64,000 nt of DNA from Octopus vulgaris. Lineage: Eukaryota. The notes beneath the pieces are model-generated. The model made no database searches, was not told the origin of the DNA, and saw only the letters and a list, made by a program, of their open reading frames with translations. Made by a program: the position numbers and the translations under genes. The stretch covers positions 66,836,001 to 66,900,000 of the forward strand of contig OX597821.1 in assembly GCA_951406725.2 (NCBI GenBank), given 5' to 3'. Shown in pieces: positions 14,652 to 27,390 of this stretch; the stretch's first letter is position 1; each line of letters opens with the position of its first letter.

Positions 14652-14807
14652 AGCGTGCCTGTGTGCTAAGAAGCTTTCTCCCCAACCACATGGTACTGGG
14701 TTCAGTCTCACTCCATGACACCCTGGGCAAGTGTCTTCTAATATAGACTCAGCCCGACCAAAGCCTTGAGAGTGGATTTGGTAGACGGAAGCTGAAAGAA
14801 GCCTGTC

Positions 14808-14874
<67 letters not shown>

Positions 14875-15097
14875 GGTGTGTGTGTATATGTTTGTGTGTC
14901 TCTGTTTGCCCCCCCCCCCCAACATCACTTGAGAACCGAATGGTGGTGGGTTTACGTCCCCGTCACTTAGCGGTTCGGCAAATGAAACCGATAGAATATG
15001 TACTAGGCTTACAAAGAATAAGTCCTGGGGTCGATTTGCTCGACTAAAGGCGGTGCTCCAGCATGGCCGCAGTCAAATGATTGAAACAAGTAAAAGA
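14652..15097 (+). mobile_element. Near full-length tRNA-derived SINE S1
   Basis: Head CCCAACCACATGGTACTGGGTTCAGTC, GGGCAAGTGTCTTCT core, (TA)n(TG)n middle, tail GGCGGTGCTCCAGCATGGCCGCAGTCAAATGATTGAAACAAGTAAAAGA. Confidence 0.9.
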
Positions 15098-16722
15098 CAC
15101 GCACACACGTATATATATAATATTCGTAGCCACTTTAAAATGGCTGTCCCTACGAGCAAACTCTAGGTGTTAAAAATTCGCAGTAGAGTCCGCTTGAACG
15201 CATTTTCTGTTGTGGGGAGCGCCGCAATTTTGAATTATAAGTATAACTGACGGCCTTCTTATGGTTCCACAGTTTCACTATCATATATTAGTCCTACCCA
15301 TACATGTAGAAAATTGTATAATTCCAAGATATCACGCAAATGATCTAACTAGAGATTTTATGGGTATGAATTACTCAGCTTAATCATTGCACCATATGAG
15401 ACCTAGATACTGCGTGTCTGGTTAGGTCATCGATAGCCTGAGTTGGAAGTATTTAAACAATCAGAAATCACAAGAAAACACCTTAACACACTAAGGAGCA
15501 AAAGGCTAAGATCACAGGACATCAAAGGAGAAGGCAAAGTCTTGGGTACCCGGTGATAACAGGAAAACTGTAGATGAGAAGCAGGGAAAATCAGGGAAAC
15601 AAAAATATAAAAACGTGCGAGTAAGGTAATCGGAGATTTTACCAACTCGCTATAGGAATCAAGAATGAGCCAGTGGTTTGGTTGTGCAGGGAATCAGGAG
15701 GGGCGAAAGTCCATTCTGTACAACTCATACGAACATAACACATTAAGAAAACGAAAGTTAGAAACCTGCTAAAGCACTTCTGAGTAAGTACTTATAACAC
15801 GACTTTCTACTTAGTGCAAGATAGAATAAGAATTCAGATTAAATGTCTTGACCACGGAAACATCGATGCGTCAGTGAGAAAATACAAAGTACCGACTCTT
15901 CCTTTGTTACTTTATCGACATTTGACATCCGTGATTTTAGATGTCAGTACGTAAATCTCTGCACAAGATTTCCCAGAATCGTATAGTTCTTTCAAAGTCA
16001 AACGCACATTTTAATGTATATACGTGCCATTTACTTTGCTTAACGTTTTGGTTTGATTTGACTAAATAATCAGCTGTATCGATTTCAGTAAGTAGTTAAG
16101 TAGTTACTTATCTCGATTGGGCATTATGCCCAACTCATATAACTAACTAGTTTGTCATAGCTACGAATAGTTACCATTTTTCCCAGGTATTGGCAACGAT
16201 AGATCGCATAGACTATATTCTTTTGGATGACATCGACTGCACAATCTGAAAATGCTATTTAACTGTTGCTTTGTTATTTTACTTCTGTTGTAATTTAGAG
16301 TAGAAAGACTTACAGTGTAGCTAATGTGAGGCTTACATTTTGGCTTGATTCCGGAGCTTTTGTGCCATTGTTGGCTTTCATACGCAAAACCGTTGAATTT
16401 AGATGAGCATTTATTGGAAAGTCTATGCACCATCACAAACTGTTATCTCCATAGAATCTATGATTTTTTTTCCTTCAGACGGTGGCCTTTCGTTTTGGTC
16501 AATTTCCTGATTTCCGCCATTTTTGAAGTTATATAATGAAATTGTTATATAATTGTACAATAAACACTCTTTATTTACATGTAATAGACGGAAGGAAGGG
16601 TATTTTCTGCATCCTGTGTTTCTATGTATATAAATGCAGACGCAAACGCACATACGTGCACACACACGCGAATACATATAAATATATATATATAAATCCT
16701 TCTCTCACTCGTTCTCTCTCTG

Positions 16723-16777
<55 letters not shown>

Positions 16778-16813
16778 CTCTTCCTTTGAGTTTGTGTGTA
16801 TGTTTGTGTGCAC

Positions 16814-16850
<37 letters not shown>

Positions 16851-17112
16851 CATATATACGTATGTATGTGAGTATTTATGCATGTATGATTGTATGTATG
16901 TATATACATTCTTTCAATTACCAGAGCCAGTTCTGTTTGTTTTTTTTTCCTTTCCAAGCATTACTTTTGAATAACGCACAAAATAGAAAAGTATGATCAA
17001 GAATTACGAAAATTAAGAATTGCTTCTTGCTAAGGTAGAATGCCGAAAAGAAATATATTTGAATTAATGCTGAAAAAAAAATATTTGAATTACAATATTA
17101 TGTTGATATCTA

Positions 17113-17346
17113 TTTCTTTATTACCCACAAGGGGCTAAACATAGAGGGGACAAACAAGGACAGACATAGGTATTAAGTCGATTACATCGACCCCAGTGCG
17201 TAACTGGTACTTAATTTATCGACCCCGAAAGGATGAAAGGCAAAGTTGACCTCGGCGGAATTTGAACTCACAACGTAACGGCAGACGAAGTACCGGAAAG
17301 CATTTCGCCCGGCGTGCTAACGTTTCTGCCAGCTCGCCGCCTTCAT
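17113..17346 (-). mobile_element. Full-length SINE, family S2, with 12-bp TSD
   Basis: Minus: GGCGGCGAGCTGGCAGAAACGTTAGCACGCCGGGCG...GAGTTCAAATTCCGCCGAGGTC..CCTTTCATCCTTTCGGGGTCGATAAATTAAGTACC...AGCCCCTTGTGGGTAATAAAGAAA. TSD TGTTGATATCTA at 17101-17112 and 17347-17358. Confidence 0.92.
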
Positions 17347-17998
17347 TGTTGATATCTACCGCCCCTCTGCCGTTACTGCGGTTGTTATCTAGAATTATTT
17401 GGTGACGTGCTGAATCATAAACAATCTACCATGTTCTTCGATGGTGCTACTAGCACAATGTCCACGGTAGAGAAACCATGCGTGTATGTTTACGAAGCAT
17501 TTTCCTCATAAGTGTTCACAATAGTCTCTAAACTGAATATATATATATATATATATTACTTCAAAAGCAAGCGGCTAAATATGGAGAATATTACAGTGGT
17601 TATAGTTTATTTTCAAACATGTATCAATGAAACTGAAGATATGAAAGGTTGAACGTTTTAACTATAGGAGGTATTTATATGATTCAGTCTTACCGTTATA
17701 CATTGTCGAGGAAGGAAAACGAAATTGCCGATTAGCTGAAAATCTCTGTATATTATAGTAATTCCAGCACTTTCATCTTGGTAATGTTTCCCCACAGAAA
17801 GCAATTGATATTTTTGTGTTACCTTTACATTCACACCTATTTTCTTCCTCTGATCAACTGCAATTTTTTTAAAGTAATCTCTGAATTGGAAAATAAATAA
17901 AACACTAAACTGCGTTGTTTTATTGCTTTCAAATCTCTCAGTCTCATTGTTGAAGTGTCTTCGAAATAACCTTGGTTAACGGTCACCGCTCTCATATA

Positions 17999-19631
17999 CA
18001 GTTGCGGCCAAAATGTTAAGAACGGCATTGTTTTCGTTAGAAAAGTAGGTATACGTTTTTATCAAAGTTGTTTTATATTTTATAATTTTCACGGACAATA
18101 AATACGATATTAATTATTATTGTCTGAGATTTTGGTGTAATTTGAGAGGATAATACAAAAGTTATGGATGATTTAGTGATTTACTGCAAAACCCATGGCG
18201 GCCAAAATGATCAGAACAGTTGAAAAAAATAACAAAATAATCAAAAATGACAGAGAATACTGGAATTATTTGATATTTAGTGTGAAGCCCTTTAGCTTCA
18301 ATCACACTTTGACATCTTCGACTGCATGAGGAAATTAAATTTTCAATTTCTTGCTGGGTGATATTCCATTCTTCCCGAAGGGCATTCCATAATTGCTCGG
18401 TTGTTTTAGGATTTCTGGCTTTCGAACGTTCTCCTAGAATATTCCACACATTTTCAATAGGATTGAGATCTGGGCTTTGAGCAGGCCAATCCATAACAAT
18501 AATCTTTTCAGCCTTAAAAATGTTCATGACCACCTTAGCCTTGTGACATGGAGCATTGTCCTGCATGAATATGGGTGGTCGCTTAGTTGAATTTCTCAGC
18601 ACAGGCAGGACATGATCTTTTACAAGTTGTTTATAAACTCCTGCATTTACCTTTCCATGTAATCGCACCAAAGGGCCCACACCATCTCCAGATATCATCC
18701 CCCTAGACCATGACACTTCCTTCCTCCACCGAATTTAACACTAGTCTTAAGGCATTTAGGCGACAATTTTTCACCTACTTTTCGACGAACGTACCTTTTC
18801 CCATCTAAGCCAAATAACATTAATTTAAATTCATCACGGAAATGCACCGTTTGCCATTTTTCTTGAGACCACAACACATGTTCGGTTGCAAAGGTAAGAC
18901 GACACTTTTTATTCTTGGAGCTGATCAGTGGCTTCACTGCAGGTGCTCTTGCTTGTAGGTCATGTTCAACTAAACGACGAGACACAGTTTTTCGAGATAA
19001 AGTTTTCTTCAGTACAATGCTCATTTCCCCCAGAAACAGCAGCAGCAGTTTTAAATCTGTCCTTTTTAACCAACTTTACCATAGCACGATCTTCTCTCTT
19101 GGTCGTTTTTCTTGGCCTATCTGTAGACTTTCTTGCTTCACATGAACCACAATCATCGAAGACCTTAGGAATACCGTGAACAACACTTTTTGAGTTGTTA
19201 ACAATCTTTGCAATAGACCCAATACTTAAATTATCCTTCTTTCGAAGCTTAATAATCTGCTGACGAATTGGTAACGGAGTAAGTGGCATCATATTAACAA
19301 AGTACACTGCAGATATTCTTACTAATGTTTAGTAAAAAAACCGTCAGGTACACAAATTCAAAACATTACAGTTCACCGGTTAAATATACTAAAACACGGA
19401 GTAAAAGCAACCGTTCTGATCATTTTGGCCCCCATGGGTTTGGCGGTAAATCCCTAAATCATCCATAACTTTTGTATTATCCTCTCAAATTACACCAAAA
19501 TCTCAGACAATAACAATTAATATTGTATTTATTGTCTGTGAAAATTATTGAAACTAAAACAACTTTGATAAAAACTTATATCTACTTTTCTGACGAAAAC
19601 AATGTCGTTCGGAACATTTTGGCCGCAACTG
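17999..19631 (-). mobile_element. Tc1-family DNA transposon, IR-DR type, 1633 bp
   Basis: TA-flanked ~220-bp TIRs (CAGTTGCGGCCAAAATGTT...), each with inner and outer GGCCAAAATGnTnnGAAC direct repeats. Internal DD34E transposase. Confidence 0.95.
18270..19292 (-). pseudogene. Tc1 DD34E transposase, two frameshifts and lost stop
   Basis: Three overlapping ORFs: HTH region with (G)RPRKTT, WQTVHFRDE and VKFGGG, then MQDNAPCH...SPDLNPIENVW with 34 residues between D and E, ending KGLHTKY. Confidence 0.92.
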
Positions 19632-19649
19632 TATATATATATATATATG

Positions 19650-19990
19650 TTACGGAGGTGTACTCGCATAGCAAGTAATTTGATCTGAGATCGTGTGCTG
19701 AAACGAAAACAATTGCAGCGTGGAAGGTGTTTATAAACCATTTAAGAAACACACAAAAGCCGTTCGATTCACTTCAACATTTAAGTTTAATTTGTCAAAA
19801 TATTTTCGTCGCTAAAATCCGCGACCTGTTCACTGACAAAAATCCGTGCTGCATCTCTTAAAATAAAGAGGCCCTCGCAAAAGTGAAGAACTTACTTATT
19901 TTGACAAATTAAACTTAAATGTTGAAGTGAATCGAACGGCTTTTGTGTGTTTCTTAAATGGCTTATAAACACCTTCCACGCTGCAATTGT
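19650..19990 (-). mobile_element. Penelope-like pLTR with ~90-bp inverted duplication
   Basis: 19710-19801 is the near-perfect reverse complement of 19898-19990. Flanked by (TA)n and contains a hammerhead motif. Confidence 0.7.
19791..19840 (-). ncRNA. Minimal type-I hammerhead ribozyme with G3:C8 swapped core
   Basis: TTTGTCA-GTGAACA-G-GTCGC GGATTTTA GCGAC-GAAA-ATAT-TT-TGACAAA: 7-bp stem I, 5-bp stem II, palindromic stem III AATATT. Confidence 0.7.
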
Positions 19991-20100
19991 ATTGTATATA
20001 TATATGTATGTATGTATAATTAGGAAAGGAAACACACAAGTTGATATATATGGAAAAACAGTCAAGATAGAAAATGCTACAATAATTTTATAAAAAACAT

Positions 20101-20141
20101 TTCATTACCGGTTTCAGTCATTAAGACTTTTTCAACTGTAA
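20101..20141 (-). ncRNA. Hammerhead-like motif with U3:A8 core (stem I degenerate)
   Basis: TTACAG-TTGAAAA-AGTC TTAAT GACT-GAAA-CCGG-TA, within a pLTR-like island at 20020-20200. Confidence 0.5.
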
Positions 20142-20347
20142 CAATTAAATAATTAAATTTAGAAAACTTAAAAGGAAAGTTCTTTTTAAAGAATATTTGT
20201 ATAGTGTTCAAATACAAGTGGCATTTTCCTTGTTTCTGCCTGTCTCTGTCTCTCTTGTTTACTCTTACATATATGTATGTATGTATGTATGCATGTATGT
20301 ATGTATGTATGTATGTATGTATGTATGTATGTATGCATGTATGTATG

Positions 20348-20512
20348 TCGCTAGCCACTACACATTCTTTATTTTCTCTCCTTGTTTCTTTCTGTGTTCC
20401 TTTCTGTGGAAGAGCGTAGGCTCGAAACGTTAAAGACTATTTCAATTCCCGAGCGTTATACTAATACATCTGTTTGTTGTCTACACCACCTGTCTTCGTT
20501 GTGAATTCACCC
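20348..20512 (+). mobile_element. Repeat family A (pLTR-like) with hammerhead-like motif at 20400-20435
   Basis: CTTT-CTGTGGA-A-GAGC GTAG GCTC-GAAA-CG-TT-AAAG. Homologous to 55055-55265. Confidence 0.7.
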
Positions 20513-20515
20513 GTA

Positions 20516-20570
<55 letters not shown>

Positions 20571-21074
20571 GCAGACACACGCACACACACATATATATAC
20601 ATGCGCACACATATACATATATATCTACACATATTCATATCGGTGTGTGTGTGTCCGTGCGTGCGCGCGAATGTATTTGTATGTGTGCTTCCGTGTCGCA
20701 GAATTAAAGTGCTCCTGGCTCCAAAGGGAAGCGAAAGAAACGAAGTCCTTCACATAAGCATAACCTTCAAACGTTCGATGACTTCCGAGTCATGCTACCT
20801 GCTTTCTCCTCGATGCAACGTCAGTCTTACAGCATGCTAAAATTAGGAAATGAATCTTCCTCAAACTGTAATATGATTTCTGGAAAAAAGATAACATTGA
20901 TTACTACCGTAGTCGGTACATTATTGATGAAAAATCTTAGGACGGCTTGAATTCGTGATCAGAACAGACTTGATGAGAAACAGCTACAGAAACGATGAGA
21001 AGCCCTGCACGCGTCTTCAATAATAAATATCAGAGCTTATCATTAGCATCAACAAATTACAACAAATCCACAGA

Positions 21075-21430
21075 TAGAAATGCATGGGTTAGTGGTTAGG
21101 GAGTTGGATTCACGATCGTAAGTTTGTAGTTTCGATTCCTGTACCGGGCGATGCGTTGTGTTCTTGAGCAATGTACTTCCCTTTTCTTTACTCCTGTCCC
21201 CTCATCTGTCGAAATCTGTACCACTTGTGGAAGCGCATCGCTTAGAGCTTGGGGTGTTGCAATCATGACCATAAGAATTTTGTTTCGATGCCTGGACCGA
21301 GCGATCGGTTGTTTTCTGAGCAAAGCACTTTACTGCACTTTGCTTCAGTTCACTCGGCTGTAGAAATAAGTTCAGCCTGGAGAGGGATAGGCTCCGCCAG
21401 GCTTTCTCGGCCTAGATACTCTGCACCCCA
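21075..21430 (+). mobile_element. Two tandem S3 SINE heads plus partial body
   Basis: TTAGTGGTTAGGG...TTCGATTCCTGTACCGGGCGATGCGTTGTGTTCTTGAGCAA, repeated degenerately from ~21230. The downstream GGCTCCGCCAGGCTTT is shared with 13680. Confidence 0.7.
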
Positions 21431-21689
21431 ATGACCCCCCACGTAGTTAATGTACTTATCAATTGTCAAATAACCATCACAATTTGATGACCTTTCTTCG
21501 GGAATGCATCATAATCTAAGACGACCTCTTTTGGGGAACCCTTAGTTTGTTTACTAGCTTTGAGGCTAGGACCTGACAGAAAATCTACTGACGCTGCTTT
21601 AGGAGTTACCAACTCCTATTCTAGTTACTGTGCCAGACGTCTTTCTATACTTTTACACTGTACGACACTTAGTGGTGATAATGAGGTTG

Positions 21690-21799
21690 AGATAGGGATC
21701 GGGGCCTGGAACCAACCCCGTGAACGAGGAATTCCCGGTAGGCGCGGGTCATCAGCCCGCGTTGATCACGTCCCTGCCCTTTGTACACACCGCCCGCCG
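21690..21799 (+). pseudogene. Isolated fragment of 18S rRNA (3' major domain end)
   Basis: GGGATCGGGG...GTGAACGAGGAATTCCCGGTAGGCGCGGGTCATCAGCCCGCGTTGATCACGTCCCTGCCCTTTGTACACACCGCCCG contains the universal SSU motif TTGTACACACCGCCCG and eukaryotic GAGGAATTCC. No other rDNA flanks it. Confidence 0.9.
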
Positions 21800-22294
21800 T
21801 TTCCACATACACGCATGCACACAAACACACACACATACACAGGAGAATGCACATACACACACACACACATTCACTTCCACACACAGGCACGCATCCTAGC
21901 ACACACACATACACACGCACACATCTACACACACATACATACGTACATTCTCATACACACACGCAAACACATCTACACTTGCACGGACGCCCACACGCAC
22001 GCGCATCCACACACACGCACACACAGACACACATCCACATAAACACTAAAACACATACACACACACACACGCTCGCACACAAATACACAAATACAAACTA
22101 TCACTTTCACAACCGCACGCGCACAAAAAAACACGCACACGCACACAAATACATTTTCTTTTCTTGATAGTGTTGCTAATATATATTTCAAATAACTCGT
22201 TCATTATATAATCTAAGAGACCAGGTGTTGATAGTAATTCTGAATGTAATGTCTAATGTGCACAAGATTATGCTATATCATACTTATATGTATA

Positions 22295-22347
<53 letters not shown>

Positions 22348-22446
22348 GCTAATATACATATTTACACAGACACAAACGCACACAAACTCACACACATATG
22401 TATATATACAAAAATACATATAAATATGCATATAACCCCCTCCCAC

Positions 22447-22477
<31 letters not shown>

Positions 22478-22504
22478 CATATATATAACTACATATATAT
22501 ATTA

Positions 22505-22548
<44 letters not shown>

Positions 22549-22567
22549 CTATCTCTCTCTATATATA

Positions 22568-22612
<45 letters not shown>

Positions 22613-22656
22613 GTATTCATATATATATGCATATATATACATATATATATAAGTAC

Positions 22657-22687
<31 letters not shown>

Positions 22688-22694
22688 CACATAC

Positions 22695-22741
<47 letters not shown>

Positions 22742-22985
22742 CACACACACAGATATGTATATATAATATCGACCCAAATGAGTTGATGTCTGCATCGAAA
22801 CAATATATTGTCACTGGAGTTATTTATGAGGCAGTATATTTCTATTGTATTTATTATGATATGGAAAACATTTCTTCCGGAGTATTTCTACACACAAGAG
22901 ACTTATGTCTCAGATCCGACTTTCCTTTTTCTCTCTCTGTCTCACACTTTGTCTCTGTCTGTCTGTATATCTGTCTATCTATCTA

Positions 22986-23083
<98 letters not shown>

Positions 23084-23099
23084 GCAGCTGCCTGTCTGC

Positions 23100-23174
<75 letters not shown>

Positions 23175-23880
23175 CCTATTTATCTATCTATCTGTCTCTA
23201 TCTCACCGTTTGCCTCGTTTCTCTATCTCGAAGTACATATGTCTATGATTACGTGTGCGTGTGTCTGTGTGTGTATTATAAGATATATTTATTATCACAA
23301 AATTAAAAAGATACCCATAATTTCATTTAATAAGCATACCTATCCGTTCTTTCCAATGTATAGCGTTCGATATTAGATAATCCTTGCAGTGTACAATGTA
23401 TATTAATACATTTTGTTACACAAAGGAAAGACAGATGGAACGTCGGAACAGATTTTGCACAGCCTGTTAACGATTTTGCGAGTCATCCATCTATGTGTGT
23501 GTGTGTGTGTGTCTGTGTGTGTATATGTGTGAGAGAGAGAGAGAGAGAGAGAAAAGAGAGAGTGTATGCGTTTGTTTATAGATATAGAGAGATAGAAAAT
23601 AGATAAATAAAATTATTGAATATATACATGTGTCTACGTATATATAGATGCATATATATGTATATGTGTTTGTGTGTGTGACAGAGCGGGGTAAGGAGAA
23701 AGAGAGACAGACAGACAGAGTGTGTATGTGTACATACACATTGCTTCCCAACCACATGGATCCTGGTTCAGTTCCACTGCGCGGAACCTATGTTATGTGC
23801 CGTCATATACATACATACATACTTTGTTATGTTCGTCATATACATACATACATATATACATACATATATATATATATATT

Positions 23881-24330
<450 letters not shown>

Positions 24331-24360
24331 AAAGTTGGTTTGTGAAAGCACGTGGTTGAA

Positions 24361-24710
24361 TATATAGAAAATAGTAAAAAGTGAAAAGACTACAGAAGGC
24401 TTAAAGGTTAAAAAATATATATATTTACGTCAATATGTCTGAAGAATATTAAAATTTTTTTTCTTATAATGACATAGTTTTGAAGAAAGACCAGTTTCGC
24501 GTTTAGCTTTTCAAATTTCTTACGACGTTATGTTTATCTTGATAAACAAAACGTCGTAAGAAATTTGAAAAGCTAAACGCGAAACCGGTCTTTCTTCAAA
24601 ACTATGTCATTATAAGAAAAAAAAATTTAATATTCTTCAGACATATTGACGTAAATATATATATATTTTAACCTTTAAGCCTTCTGTAGTTTTTTTCACT
24701 TTTTACTATT

Positions 24711-24719
<9 letters not shown>
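24361..24719. repeat. Near-perfect ~360-bp palindrome (2-nt loop) carrying a hammerhead on each arm
   Basis: Arms of ~178 bp meet at TTTATC-TT-GATAAA (24539-24540), with only a few mismatches. Confidence 0.95.
24558..24596 (+). ncRNA. Minimal type-I hammerhead with U3:A8 core (mirror copy 24483-24521 on minus strand)
   Basis: AAGAAA-T-TTGAAAA-GC TAAAC GC-GAAA-CCGG-TC-TTTCTT. GUC cleavage triplet, palindromic stem III ACCGGT. Confidence 0.65.
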
Positions 24720-24743
<24 letters not shown>

Positions 24744-24746
<3 letters not shown>

Positions 24747-24980
24747 GGGTCATCCAATGAATAATGCGGTTTTTTAATTGTGTGAACTAAAAGTCGGAGG
24801 AGGACGAGATAAACTACATGCTTCAACTTGCTATAAAAACAGGTAGTGATTTTAACTTGGACTTATTCTTAGTGCAAAGTTTTGAAGAGTGCAGTTCCGT
24901 ATTAACAGTTATCTTTTCAAAGCTATAATAGAAGTGACGAAGGAAAATTTCTGGCACATGTTGCTTTGAGTTCAATTTGA
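24744..24980 (+). mobile_element. Mariner 5' fragment (TIR, 5' UTR, decayed N-terminus)
   Basis: TGGGTCATCCAATGAATAATGCGGTTTTT resembles a mariner TIR after TA. (I)EVTKENFWHMLL resembles mariner N-termini (KxHxRHxLLYEF). Confidence 0.55.
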
Positions 24981-24994
24981 GTTAATTTCGTCAG

Positions 24995-25460
24995 CTCATT
25001 TGTATATTGCATGCCGTTTTGCAGTTTTATATATCATCAGGGTTCTTGATCGCCTGAAATACTTTTGCATCATCAGCGTAGCCGGTGAGTAATACTGACC
25101 ACGACAGAAAGCATGCCTGAGAGAGCCATTACAAACAGTAGTGGTCCCAGTACAGTTTACTGAGGAAATCCGCTGCAGATTGATGTCAACCCAGAGAGAG
25201 CACCATTGGCTGAAATTGCCTGACTTCTGTCTTTTAAAATGTCGTGCAACCACGCTTTCCAGTTTTGCAGCGATACCAACGTCACGTTGTTTGTAACATT
25301 TCATCCGATGATCAACTTTGTCAAAGGCCTGGGCAAAGTCGAGATATATCACATCCACATTTGAGTGGTTGGGCTACAGTTTCAGTACCCAATCATAAAG
25401 TTGTAGTAGTTGTGTGAAGCCGCTCCTCCCTGAGCGGAAACCACGTTGTGTGTTTGTAAG
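24995..25460 (-). pseudogene. LINE reverse transcriptase fragment (CR1/L2/Jockey group)
   Basis: QRGFRSGRSGFTQLLQLYDWV...DVIYLDFAQAFDKVDH, a degenerate PQGTVLGPLLF, and YADDAKVF in shifting frames. Confidence 0.85.
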
Positions 25461-26399
25461 TTATTCTCTTCCAGGTACGCGATCAGTCTTCATTAGTTTA
25501 GAAAAAAGCACGATGACTGGGTAGTGGTTTAGCAGACGAAAGATGGCACAGGTTTTGAATGACTTTATATGAGTAGTGACAAACATTTTTGAAGCTAACT
25601 CTTGAAAGAAAATCAGAGCAAAGGGTGAATTATTTATATTGAGAATTGCCAAAAACATTCAATTATACGCCAATCAAACTCTGTAACATTATCGATCAAA
25701 AACGCGGAGAAGAATTGCTTGAGAATAGGGGTAAAATCGGTAAATAGCAGAACGAAAAAATTGCGGCATTTGAATATGGCCCTTTGCTGTTGAATGTAAA
25801 TCCTGCAGATATCAACTTTGTCTTTCATCCGTCCTTGTTCGTTAAAATAATGTACACGTTAAATAACGGGATTGATTTAATATTCCTAAAAGACATCCAA
25901 GACGTGAATGGAATTATGATGAAAGAAGAAATATATGTTCAGATAGAAATTATATTATTTCTATATAGCTTGCCGTAAACGAGAAAGTAGATAAAGTGCT
26001 AAAATACTGCCTTTAAGTATTAATAATAACAATAATTATCCTGATTCCCATGATAGTAAAGGAAATATAACGTCCACGGAATAGAAAACAAACGCCTTAT
26101 AATGAAGTGAATGCTTAAAAAGATGTAAGTTTATCTGTAAAGGAACGTAAGCTATTAAGATACGGGTGATCAGCACCCACTTGGCCTATGTTGTGTCTTG
26201 GGAGAGTAATTCCTACCAGAACCAATCCTCATCTCAGCAAAGCCTATTTCTTCGAGAGAAAAAGCAGATGTATGATCGCTCTTTTACCGGACTGGTAATA
26301 TATATTTTTTGGTTTCACATTTTGGCACACGGAGAGTAATTTCAAGAGAACTGTTGAGTCGATTGCATAGGCCCTATTGCTCAACTGGTACTTATATAC

Positions 26400-26449
<50 letters not shown>

Positions 26450-26470
26450 GTATATGTATATATATGTATT

Positions 26471-26546
<76 letters not shown>

Positions 26547-26679
26547 AATGTTAGATGCGGGATGGAAATTATGAAGCAAGCCGAGGTTGGATTATCAGTG
26601 ATTGATAACTCAAAGTTACCAGGTAAATATAAAATGTGGTGCTTATAGTTCGGCTTATATATATATATATAATCTTTTA

Positions 26680-26890
26680 TCTTTAAACTTGTTTTATTTC
26701 GGTTTATTCAAATGAATCGACCCCGGAAGATATATTTTTAAAGTCTCGTACTTATTCTATCTATTATTTTTGATGGAGCTGTAAGTTACGGAGACGTGAA
26801 TACGCGAGCAGTTCCTCGCAGTGGCACGCAGTGGGACTAAACCTGAAACAAGATCCATGCCGTTGGGAAGCAAGCTCCTTACCACAAACC
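26680..26890 (-). mobile_element. Degenerate S1 SINE
   Basis: GAATCGACCCCGG...GTAAGTTACGGAGACGTGAA...GCACGCAGTGGGACTAAACC...TTGGGAAGCAAGCTCCTTACCACA. Confidence 0.6.
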
Positions 26891-27135
26891 GATATATATA
26901 TATGTATGTGTGTGTGTGTGTGTGTGTATACTTCTTAGGCTTCTAAAATGAATCCATAAACACATATAAAGCATCAAAGGGTGTATTTTTCCCCCTCTGA
27001 AGATATTATGCCCAGGTCATACACATTTAATATTTACTAACTATTTGCTGAGAATTAATTGAAATAGCTGTAATTGATAATCAATTTAGTGTTAATAAAC
27101 AATTATTAACTTCCCAATCTCCATTTTCCTTTCCT

Positions 27136-27230
<95 letters not shown>

Positions 27231-27322
27231 TAGATATAGATATAGATACACATCCCTCATATATATATATATACATATATATGAGGGATGTGTATATATC
27301 TATATATATATCTATCTATCTA

Positions 27323-27390
<68 letters not shown>

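Noticed and set aside
21690-21799. Functional rRNA gene or rDNA unit
   Set aside because: Only ~110 nt are present, with no rest of 18S, ITS or 28S. Recorded as a pseudogene fragment.
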